Source: Malacoraja senta (taxonomy: Eukaryota). From it: a stretch of DNA of 64,000 bases. The stretch spans positions 312,232,001 to 312,296,000 of the forward strand of contig CM075977.1 in NCBI GenBank assembly GCA_038087875.1, given 5' to 3'. Below, piece after piece: positions 49,576 through 60,800 of this stretch. The notes under the pieces are model-generated. The model did not search any database. It saw nothing but the letters and a program-made list of their open reading frames with translations, and had not been told where the DNA came from. Within the stretch, counting starts at the first letter, position 1; each line of letters begins with the position of its first letter. Both the position numbers and the translations under genes were made by a program.

Positions 49576-50854
49576 TAAAAGGATTTCTGATTATATTTTG
49601 AATAGCTGTTTGTGACCCATCTTCATAAGATTACTGGTTTCCTGAAACCTGTGAGTGAGAAGGTTGCATAATTTGTTATGAGGCAAATTAAAAGGAAGGA
49701 AAATGGACATGAATAAACGGCCAGTGCTCACAGCTACGTTGCTGCCACATTACTGGGGAAATGGTGCATTGAGGGGATTACATGAAGTGATGTAAAGATC
49801 AAGATGAATAGCATTATGGTTTTTGGATTGGACTTCAGTTCTGAGCCCATTAGGTCACTTGAAATTTAGCCTTGGTAATGACATTGTCACTATTTTTTTT
49901 TTAATGTCTATTTCTAGTTCACTAAGGTGATGGATCCAAGCCATCTGCAGCCAACAAGCTATCGCTTTGAGATGAAAGTAGTTTCCCTTTATGCTCTTTC
50001 CACAAAGGTGAATGCATGGCAGATAAATGAACAAGCACCTGTCAAGAAATGTATGTTTTTTGGAATGGTAGTTGTTTACATCAATAGCTGACACATTTTC
50101 ACTTCCAAAGGTGTTAAAAATTAAAATGACTCTTTGCAGCAGTGATATTTGAGGTGAAAATGTGAAGTGTTCATCAGAGGGGGCGTAGCGCAGAGTGGAG
50201 CAACTATATTGCAGAGCCCCATGTGGTACAGCACTAAGCTGTGGCAGAGAAAGGAATGGCAGAGAGGGGAGGGGGTAAATGCATCAAGCTCACAAGCAGC
50301 ATTATCTGACAAAGAGGGGGTACAGGCTGAATTTTGTGTTTTATAATCTCATATTTAGTTGTATGCAAGCATCTGTAGCTATTGCTGTGTCTGCTGAGTC
50401 TGGTAGCTGTGAAAGTTGCCTGGTGACCTAATTTTTCTTGTCCAGAGATACTTCCTGGATGTTATTGGTTATTATCTGGGATCTGCACATAAATGCATGA
50501 GGCAGGACAATGACTGATGAGCATTTTTCCAGAGACAGCATTTAAGTGTACTTAACCAGCACAAGTTGGTTTTCAGACTTGTTTTACCAATTGACTTCTC
50601 AGAGATGCAGAGCGTGATCAACTACACACTTGTGGCAATCTGTGTCCTCACAGATCAAGGGTATCTGCTAATATTCAATTTTATTAATGTGCACCTTGGA
50701 AGAATTCGTTTTTGCAAGTGTCTACCAATCGGAGGGGAGTGCCACAATATTCACATCCTGCAATAGTCCAGGACCTCTAATCGATTTTGATCTGAAAGCA
50801 GATTTTAAAAGTGGCTAAAATGACCCAAAGAATGCACTCTTCAAATGTCAACTA

Positions 50855-51130
50855 CTAGAGGACAGAGCTTTTAGGTGAGAGGGGAAAGTTTCAAGGAGAT
50901 ATGTGGGGCAAGTGTTTTACACAGAGGGTGGGGAGTGCCTGGAACGCATTGCAATGGGTGATAGTGGAGGCAAATATGTTGTGACAAATTGGATAGGTGC
51001 ATGGATATGCAGGGAATGGAAGGGTATGGATTATATGTGGGCCAATAAGAGTTGATCTTGGCGTCATGTTCGTCATAGATAATGTGGGTGGAGGATCCCG
51101 TAGCTGAGCTGTACTACTCTATGTTTATGT
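50855..51130 (+). mobile_element. CR1 3' fragment (old)
   Basis: actagagga..tttaggtgagagggg..cacagagggtg and the tail. Confidence 0.7.
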
Positions 51131-51204
51131 CTCACTACTCCTGTGTGGAACCCCATCAATATTGCCTAACACTGTGCAATAAAATCATTGTGAACACAAC
51201 ATTA

Positions 51205-51748
51205 ATGGCTCTGTCCCACGGGCAGGCGGTTACTGGCGGTGAAGCGCGGCGTCCTCGGAAGCGGGGACCGCGCGGCTACCGCGGGAGCGCCGCGCGTATG
51301 CCGCGGGAGCGCCGCGCAGATGCATCCCATGAGCATGCGGTAAGTTCAACCTTACCGGAAGCTGTTGCCGCGCGTATTACGGGTGTTCACCGCACGGCCC
51401 GTCCTACGGGCCGACTGCGAATGGACGTCGCGCGGCATTGGGTGATGACATCATCGCGCAACGCAACGCGCTACGCGATGACGTCGAGACGGCTCACGGC
51501 GTACAGGCGGTGCTCACGGCATACAGGCGGTGCTCGCGGCGGCGGCTGGGCGGCAGGCTGACATTTTTGGACAGTGTCAGTTTTTCTGAGCAACTACATA
51601 CGGTTCCGGCAATCTGCGTGGGACCGACCCTGTGGGCCATGCGCGGTCTCTGGCGGTCCACGCGCAGTCCCAACTTCCTGCGCAGTCCCAACTTCCTGCT
51701 ACACTGCCAGTAACCGCCAGTAACCGCCTGCCCGTGGGACAGGGGCAT
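51205..51748. mobile_element. CpG-rich non-autonomous DNA transposon (MITE; PIF/Harbinger-like TIR start, superfamily uncertain)
   Basis: ~36-bp TIRs ATGGCTCTGTCCCACGGGCAGGCGGTTACTGGCGGT / ACCGCCAGTAACCGCCTGCCCGTGGGACAGGGGCAT, flanked by TA (TTAA left, TTA right), with internal short tandem repeats. Confidence 0.85.
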
Positions 51749-51887
51749 TAGTCTGCACTGCAATGTGGCACTGATACAGTACTGTACCTCCATTTTTTGG
51801 ATGAACCATGAAACCTATCTCCTTCTTCAGGTGGATGGAGAAGACCTTGTAGCATTATTTCAAAGAGGAGCAGTGATATTTGTCCTG

Positions 51888-52595
51888 CCTCCTTGCTCCT
51901 AACCCCATTCTCCTTCTTTCTCCCCATAACCCCTGACACCTGTACTAATCAAGAATATATCTATCTCTGCCTTAAAAATATTCAGACTTGGCCTCCACAG
52001 CCTCACATTGCCGTCAAACGCTCATCATATGCTAACCCACTCATTCCTAGGATCATTCTTGTAAACCTCCCCCGATCTTCTCCAGGATCAGCACATCCTT
52101 CCTCAGATATGGTGCTTAAAATTGCTCACAATATTCCCAATGCGGCCTGGCCAGCGCCTTATAGAGCCTCAGCATTATATTCCTGTTTTTGTATAATATC
52201 CCTCTTGAAATAAATGCTAGCATTGCATTTGCCTTCTTTACTACCGATTCAACTTGCAGATTAACTTTTTGGGAATCCTGCACCAGCACTCCCAAGTTCC
52301 TTTGCACCCGATTTCTGGATTCTCTTCCCATTTAGAAAAGAGTCTACGCCTTTATTCCTACTACCAAAATGCATGACTCCACACTTTGCTACACTATATT
52401 CCATCTGCCACTTCTCTGCCCATCTCCCAACCTATCCAAGTCCTTCTGCAGAGTCCCTGCTTTCTCTGCACTATCTGCCGTTCCACCTATTTTTGTGCCA
52501 TCCGCAAATGTGGCCTTCGATCCCCTCATCCAAATTATTAATATAAAAAGTGAAGAGTAGAACCAGAAAAAGCCCCCTTTATTGCCATTCTTTGC
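51888..52595 (-). mobile_element. CR1 3' portion with internal deletions
   Basis: FADGTKIGG, LQKDLDRL, RPHWEYCEQF. Confidence 0.8.
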
Positions 52596-53379
52596 CATAA
52601 ACTCAAAATGTTTATGTAAGTCAGCAAATGAGAATGGGCAACAGGAAACTGAAACAGAATATCAGTTTCAGTGATAATTTTTACTACAATACTGTAAGTA
52701 TTGTAACATTATCAACATAAGATTTGTTAAACACCTATGTCTGTAGCAGATTCAGCCACAGAGCTTTGCTTTGTCTTTTTCTCCCATTTGCTCAGATCCC
52801 TTTTTTGAACATTGAGCTCTCTAACAATGGAGATCATGGGTGTCCCACTAATGAATGTTTCCCCTGCACCGATGCAGGGGTAGACTTGGCTGTTAGAAGA
52901 GAAAAAAAAAAGTTGGGGGATAAAAGATATGAGATCCTTGGGTGTGCTCTGCCTGGAATTCCCACGCTCCTGTCCTTTCTCACCAATATCCATCTATGCA
53001 CCAAAAGAAAATGCCTCCAATTATATTACATAGATTGCATTTCTTTTAGGATATCCAAAACCCGATGAATTTTTTTTGTGCACAGTCACTGTTGTAATGT
53101 GAAACAGAGCAGTCAATCTGTGCATAGCAACCTCACCAACCAGCTACTTGATGGGGACCAGTTAAACTGTTTTTAATGTCATTGGCTGAAGGCTAAATAA
53201 ACTATAACATTGCAAGGATAACTGCAGCTCTTCTTCAAGATAGTGCCATGGGATCTTTTACATTTGAGAGAACAGACAGGTCTTCAATTTAATGTCTCAT
53301 CGGAAAGGTGATACGCATGCCTCAGTTTGGACAGTTTGGTCATAATTCTAAGAGTATGAAGAATGTTAAATAAAAACAA

Positions 53380-53830
53380 GCATGATGACTTTATGTCAAC
53401 ACACAGAATATTTGGAATAAAGTAGATGAATTAATCAAAGAAATAGAAGCAAACCAATACAATATAACTGTGATTACGGAGACGTGACCAAAGAGGGGCA
53501 ATTGTTTATTCATGCCAACACAAAAATAAAACTAGACAGATAATTCATCTGTGGCTAATACAGTGAATGAGGGATAGAGGATGGTTCAAGGAGGAGCATA
53601 TACATTGGCTTGAAAAGTAACAAACTGGAGGATTGGGAACAGTTTAAAACTCAGCAGAGGAGGACCAAGGGATTAATTAAGATGGGAAAAAATATATGAA
53701 AGTAAGCTTGCAGGGAACAGAAACAATGACTGTAAAAATTCTATTGATATGTGAACAGTAAAAAGATTAGAAAAAGACAAAAGATGTTCCCTGACAGTCA
53801 GAAACTGGGGAAGTTATAATGGATAGTGAA
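53380..53830 (+). mobile_element. Old CR1 ORF2 N-terminal remnants
   Basis: Degenerate YVNTQNIWNKVDEL..YNITVITET (APE start) and the linker region. Confidence 0.55.
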
Positions 53831-54314
53831 TAATTTACTCATGAATAGTTTCTTCCCCTCTGATATCAAGCTCCTGAACGGTTCTTCTAGAGTACTGCCC
53901 GATTCACCTCTACCTCATGGCAAACATTGAACTTTGTCGGTGGAACTGGCATGCTACAATGTTGAGATCTATGGTCTGCACTCAGTTTTTTTCTTTTGTC
54001 AACATATCATTGAGTTTGGCTTGATTGTTATCGGATTTAGATTTACACCTAAGAGGTACAGCACAGAAGCAGGCCCTTCGGCCCACTGAGTCCACGCCAA
54101 CCAGCGATCGCCACATACACTTACTCTTGACTCTTAATTTTCCATCAAATCAGGATTAGTTTCAACCAATCTCTTGCAAGGTAGCTCTGGCAAATATCAT
54201 TTGAAAAGAAGTGAGTGAATGTGATTTGTTAATGAGCAAAAAGTTGAGTCTGGTGAAATAATTAATCTTTAAGGATAAATATATATAGGTATGTGAGAAA
54301 ACACATGAAAAGAC

Positions 54315-54730
54315 TATTCCTTGAAATGCAGGAGGATGAGGGTTGATCTTATAGAGGATCTTATAGGATTATGAGAGGAATAGATCTGGTAGATGCACAG
54401 AGTCTCTTGCCCAGAGTAGGTGAATCGATGACCAGAGGACATAGGTTTAAGGTGATGGGGAAAAGATGTCATAGGAATCTGAGGGGTAACTTTTTCACAC
54501 AAAGGGTGGAGGATGTATGGAGCAAGCTGCCAGAGGAGGTAGTTGAGGCAGGGACTATCCCAACATTTAAGAAGCATTTAGACAGGTACATGGATAGGAC
54601 AGGTTTGGAGGGATATGGACCAAATGCTGGCAGGTGAGATTAGTGTAGCTGGGACATGTTGGCCGGTGTGGGCAAGTTGGGCCGAAGGGCCTGTTTCCAC
54701 ACTGTATCACTCTATGACTATGAGTCTATA
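54315..54730 (+). mobile_element. CR1 3' end
   Basis: Nearly identical to 16140-16570. Confidence 0.85.
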
Positions 54731-56099
54731 ACTGAGAGAAGTACAAGAGGAAAGGGAAACAATATAACTACATGGAAAAGTAATAAAGGAAAAATGGGAA
54801 AATGTACAAACAAGAAATAATGATGGAAGGAACAGAGGACAGAGAGAAAAAAATATTAATAAAAACCTATGAGAATGGGAAAGTGCTACCAATATTGCTG
54901 CCTCAGAAGATGTTATGGAGAGCTTGTAATTCTACATGAGGTGACTTCCTGATGTTGACTGTGTCATGGAAAAGAAGATAAATAGATATCCATTTCCACC
55001 CAGCAGGATGGAGAACTTTCAAGCTACGACATCCACCACTTAAGAGAATATAGTCCTCAATATGCAAATTTAAACAACTTTCCAGATATCCTCCAGCTTC
55101 CGAAGTAAAGGACACTCTTTATTTTTATCCCATATAATTTCAAAGTATTTTTAAAATGTTAATATGTATATAATTGCAGCTTGTGCATTCTGACGGAAAG
55201 TTAAAGCCACTCTGGAAACAAATGTGTGAAAGCAACTTGGTTTATTGTCGCTAAAAATAAATGAGGGTAGTGATAAATCTGATTTACAATTGATTTCCAT
55301 TGAAGCCATAAATGATCTCATTGCTTTAGCACCAAATGAAGCCCTTTACTCAATGGAGCAGAGAGATTGAAGTCATACTGAACTGATATCATCAGTCTCC
55401 CCATATGTTTAAGGAGATAATTTAGATACCAGTAAATACAATGATTGCAAGTTCTTAGGCTTAATCTTAATTTATGTTCCTTCTGTTTGCATTAGATACT
55501 TAAAAGGGTCAACAGGAATTTGAGCTTCAGAAATAGATATGGATTAATTAGATGCAATGATAAGAACATCACAGTGGATTGTGATTTTCATTTTATGAAA
55601 AACCTGAAGGCACTATAGTAAAAAGCTAAATAATGCACATGCAGGATATTGAAACAATAATAAAAATGCAAATAAAAACACAACAGTTTAGCCAATTATC
55701 TGTGGAGAAAACAGGCAAGTTAATATTTTGGGTGCAGACTTTTCTTAAAATAAACATCTATACCTAAAAAATTAACATCCATTCTCTTCATGGATGCTGA
55801 ATGAACTGCTGTGCTTCTCAAGATTTTTCTAATATAGCTTATTTAGAGTAAGAGTTTGTGTGCATTGTTTAATGTGCAGATAAAGCCTGTCATTCATATT
55901 TCATGACTATCATTTTTTTAGGGTGAGGGTGCAAGGGTAAATAGGAGGAATAATTCAAAATAATCTTGTCCACTTAGATTACCACATAGATATTGTCCAC
56001 AAATAATCCTGTCCTACAATTCCTATTATATCAAGCAGTACATTTTGATTATACTTAGTTTATCTGGTGTTAATCTAGCAATTGAAAGAAAGACATGCC

Positions 56100-56285
56100 A
56101 GTCTGGATAACTGTCAGTGCAATGTGTAAGGCAGGAAAGAGCCTTCCAGCACCTGATAACAGGGAGCCTTGACATATTGCTGCTCAGCAGAGACCGAATC
56201 CATTCCGATAAACAATAAGATCGTTCAGTCTCAGTGCTTGCTGGGACGGAACAATCTGTAAGTTTCCAAATTATCTCTTCAAGAC
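56100..56285. promoter_or_regulatory. Second candidate GATA/FOX/SOX/ETS motif cluster
   Basis: CAGGAAA, CACCTGATAA, CATTCC, GATAAACAAT (56207-56216), GAACAAT, TTATCT within ~180 bp. Motif evidence only. Confidence 0.3.
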
Positions 56286-57549
56286 ATCAAAGGAGAGTGG
56301 CAGACTACTGTTTTGTACATCCTTTGGGTCTGGTGATTTAAAGAGTTTTATTTATGGGAGGCACGGCTGGATGACTTTAGATTACTGATAGACCACATGA
56401 TACATGAATGGTGGTCCCGTCACCTTGGGTGCTTGTTAAACAGTAAAACTTCAAGATTGAATCAGTTCTGAAAACAAAATGTAAACTCTGGAGATATCTG
56501 ATCTCAGATTGGCTTCATTTTATTTAGAGCCTTATTGAAGCCTTGTAAGAATGGAAACCATGATTAACTAATTGATGTCAAGGTTTTTGTTTAATTCTAC
56601 CTTTCATTTTTTTTTCATGCATTGCCAACTAAATCCAGACACTGTTTAAAGTCAGCAATGATTCCTAATGTGGAAAACAATGAAACTTAATCTAAGGGCA
56701 AACCTTTTCCTGTTAGACTTCTATCTGGGTCTCATTTCTGCACTATGGCACATATGTGACTAGCAAAATATTGATAGAAGACTGGATAGGCCAGGGCAGG
56801 GAGACCCAGAGCAGCAAGCAAACACATCCAAAAGCAACGGATCAGGTATCTTAAAACTAACACTCACACAAACAAAGGCTTTGCACTGCCTGGTCGTACT
56901 GATCTTATTGCTTTCTTTAGATGCCCTATTGAACCAGGATATAATTCCATGAGGTATTTTACCAGATTGTGTGAGTTTGCCAGGTCTTGTGTCACTTTCG
57001 TTACAGCTTAGAAGCATGCCTGAAGACACATATAGCTGGTCCCCAAAGGGATAACAACACTAAGCTTTGGATGTTTTGTATAATTTAACATAGCTTTTTT
57101 TTCTAGAATAAATTTTGATTATCTTTGTTTTGTAAGTTACTTTTAGCCTTAACTATTATTTTTGGTTGACTTTATTATGACAGATAATCAAAACACATAA
57201 CTAAAGTGCATTGAGCTTTATCCTTATAAAGAAATGATGTGGGAGAATGTGTTAAGGTGCTTCACAGGTGTGAGTAAGATGGAACTTTTTCAAGGCCGAT
57301 GAAGAGGGAAGGAATGACAAAATTAATTTTAAATGAAAGTTGGAGAGATAGAGGGAAAGAAAGAAATTCTAGTAAATGGTTTCACTGAAAAGTCAAGTTG
57401 GTGGAGATGTTGGGGACCAGAAGCTCATGTGGGGCAAGAAAGAGAGGAAAAGTTCACCAACAGAATATGATACTGTCTGTAGACGTTTACATAAATTGAC
57501 GTTTAAGTAGGTTGGAGGATATTGGAGAACAACTATGGTGAAATAGGGG

Positions 57550-57815
57550 TGGAACAGTGGAACAGTGGTAGAGTTTCTGCCTTACAGCGCAAGAGACCCG
57601 GTTTCGATCCTGACTACGGGTGCTGTCTGTACGGAGTTTGTACATTCTCCCTGTGACCGCGTGAGTTTTCTCCAGGTCCTCCAGTTTTCTCCCATATTCC
57701 AAAGAAGTGGAAACAGGCTCTTTGGCCCAACCTGCCCACGCCAACCAACAAGCCCCATCTACATTAGTCCCATCTGTCCGCGCTTGTTAGGCAGAACCTC
57801 TACCACTGTGCCACC
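57550..57815. mobile_element. HE1-type SINE head/body (+) joined to inverted tail and head pieces (-)
   Basis: B box GTTTCGATCC and V-domain, followed by reverse-complement tail and head segments. Confidence 0.75.
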
Positions 57816-57852
57816 TGTAGTTGTTCTCCAATATCCTCCATCCTACATAAAA

Positions 57853-60800
57853 GGATTCTCTTGAACTTCTACAGGTGTACAGTAGAGAGCATATTGACTG
57901 GTTGTATCATCGCCTGGTTTGGCAACTTGAACGTCCAGGAGCGGAAAAGACTGCAAAAAGTTATGAACACTGCCCAGTCCATCACTGGCTCTGATCTCCT
58001 CACCATCGAATGAATTTATCGGAGTCGCTGCCTCAAAAAGGCAGCCAGTATCATCAGAGACCCACACCATCCTGGCCACACATTCATTTCACCACTGCCA
58101 TTAGGAAGAAGGTACAGGAGCCTGAAAACTGTAACGTCCAGGTTGAGGAACAGCTTCTTCCCTACAGCCATCAGGCTATTTTACTTCGGAGTCACGTGAG
58201 TGACTACGTGAAGAACCCCGCCAGTGCGCCTGCGCGTCATTACGTCAGACGCATTGGCGCAAACGGACGCGAGGAGCAGAGCTCCTCTAGTAGAATTGTA
58301 GTTTTCAACTACAAGATAAGTATAAACTTTTTTGGAAGTATTTCCGTGTCCGTTTACTGTGGGTCTGTGGGGATTTTTTCCACAGGCATCATGGAAAAAA
58401 TGGGCAGGGGGAGGAGGCGAGCGGCACAGCCGATAGAGAGTCGTGAGATTGCGGTCGGCGACCAGCCACCTCTGACCACGGTACAGTCGCCAGCAGAAAG
58501 CATAGCGACTGTGGATATTGGGGCTGAAGTGAATTTAGTCAGCACCAGTGGGGCAATGGAAAGCCGATAAAAAGCTGCGGGAATGCGGTCGGTAAAGGAC
58601 TGCCTCATACCCTACAACAGTCGCCGGCTGGGAGCGGGGCGACTGTGGACTTGTGTATTAAAGAAAAGAACGGCACCAGCGTCAGTTGGGTGCTAGGCAA
58701 CATACAAGTCAGGGCCATGGAGCAAGAGTCAGTTTGGGATTCACCTCCAAGGCTGGATACCACTTTCAGAGTGGATATTCCAAATGGAGAACCTGTACAC
58801 AGGTTGCTCCAACAAAACATACTCCAGGAGGAGTGATGTCAGAACCAGGCTCCAGAAGCCAGGTCAGCAGCACCTAGTAAAGGGCTGCTTGATAGCACCC
58901 TCATTGATGAGGCGCATGCACAGGGTCAGCAGAGTTTCCAAAACAAGTGAAGACGGCAGCTGCCAGATGGGGTATTCCTGGCAGTACGATTTGCTGCTCT
59001 GTGAGAGTTCTGACCCTGAGTCTAACGGTGAGGCCGATACAAGCGATGACGGCAGCTGCCAGATGTTTTACTCCTGGCAGTACGATTCGCTGCCCCGTCA
59101 GAGTCAGGAGAGCCATTTGGAAATGAAGTGGCCTCTGTGATCAACTATTGTGTCTGCCATCAGCTCTAGTAGCTTACGATGGATGAAAATGCCAAAAAAG
59201 CACGAGATCCCAAGGAACTGCGTATTGCTGAAAGTACTAGCAGTGAACCAAGATATAAGGGGTCAGATGGGCGAAGGCATGTAAGCCTAAGGAAAGTAAA
59301 CTGCAGAGAATATTGAAGCTGCTGGGTTGATGAACAACTGCAATTTGCAAAACAATGGATGGAGGCCATGGATGGAGATGCATCAAGTGGCACTAAGGTT
59401 GCTATGTAGCGCCCACTTCAAGATGAATTGTTTCAGGAAGTATGCCATTCGGTCCACCATCAACCCAAAGTTGCAGCAACTCTGTAAAGCCCAGCAATGT
59501 GCAGTCATTCAACTTATTCTTCAGAGAAAAAAACTCATGAATCATGGGAAAGAGTTGGATAATGAGGCAAAAACAGCAAAGTTGATCACAACATCAATGG
59601 TCGTCAAGTCTGCAAAGAGGATGTATCCTTTCAGACATCATACAAAATCCTGGACCGACATCAGGATCAAATCGACCATTGAAGCAGGTACGCAGTTGAT
59701 GCCCTGCAGCAGGAAAACGAAAAAGCGTGGGTTTTGCCTGCCAGGAGCCAGAGACCACAGGTTACTCAGATGACAAAGGAGGTAGGTGGACCTGGTTCTT
59801 ATGGGAACATATTAAGGCAAAAACAGCCAAATATTGGAAGCAAATTACTTCAATTATTATTCTGAGTATTATAGAAAGGTTTCGAATTGATTCGATTCAA
59901 ATACTGGTTTGCCATCCAGCATGTTCCAAGCAGAACACTCCAAATTCACATAAAAATATTTGATGGAGGTTCAAGCTGAATTGAAAACTTGTTTATAAAC
60001 AAGTAATTGAAAGGTCGGTTTATCAAAACCACCAAATTGTGTTTACAATTTCTCAACCTAAAAAGGTGAGGAGTATTTTAGATCTGACAAGTCTTTAAAA
60101 TTTTGTGAAGTATAGACACTTCAAAATGGAGACTTTGAGACTGCCAAACAATTTATTTCAAAAAAGATGTTTTATGGCACATAGATCTGAAAGATGTATA
60201 TTACTTAGTGTTTGTTCATTTATAAGATAAAATTATCTGAAGGAACAATTATGGCAATTCAAAGTTCTGTCTAACGGGTTAACTTCAGTTCCTAGAATTT
60301 CACTAAACTGGTAAAACCAATTTTGGGGCTAATTAGAGTCCAAGGACAGATGTGGATGGCTTAACTGGATGATGTCCTAATTAGGACGAACAAGAGAATT
60401 AGTGAGTTATCTCTCTCAAATTATTCAAACCACTTTTGAAAGTTGGGTTTAATTCACCCAGAGAGAAATTAAGTTTAACGATACTTACAACAATTGATTA
60501 TTTGATTCAATTGAAAGGGTAGTAATTTACCAAGGGTAAAGGGTAAAGCTAATTGATGGTTGTATTAAGCAGTTGGAAAAGCAACAATCTTCAATTAAGA
60601 CAGGTGGCCAGCTTGTTAGGAGAATTAGTGTTATTTCCAGCAATACATTATGGGCCATTGTACTACCAGCAGCTGCAGACTGCAAAAAGAAAAAACACTA
60701 AGATGCATGATGGCCATTTTTTGATAGGCCATGCAATTAAACAACAAATGCTGCTTCTGATTGCAGTAGTGGATTTAACATGTCTTCAGTAGTTCAAGCA

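Noticed and set aside
51240-51700. Host CpG-island promoter or coding ORFs (51082-51561 etc.)
   Set aside because: The GC-rich part lies entirely within TIRs, and the ORFs are by-products of GC content.
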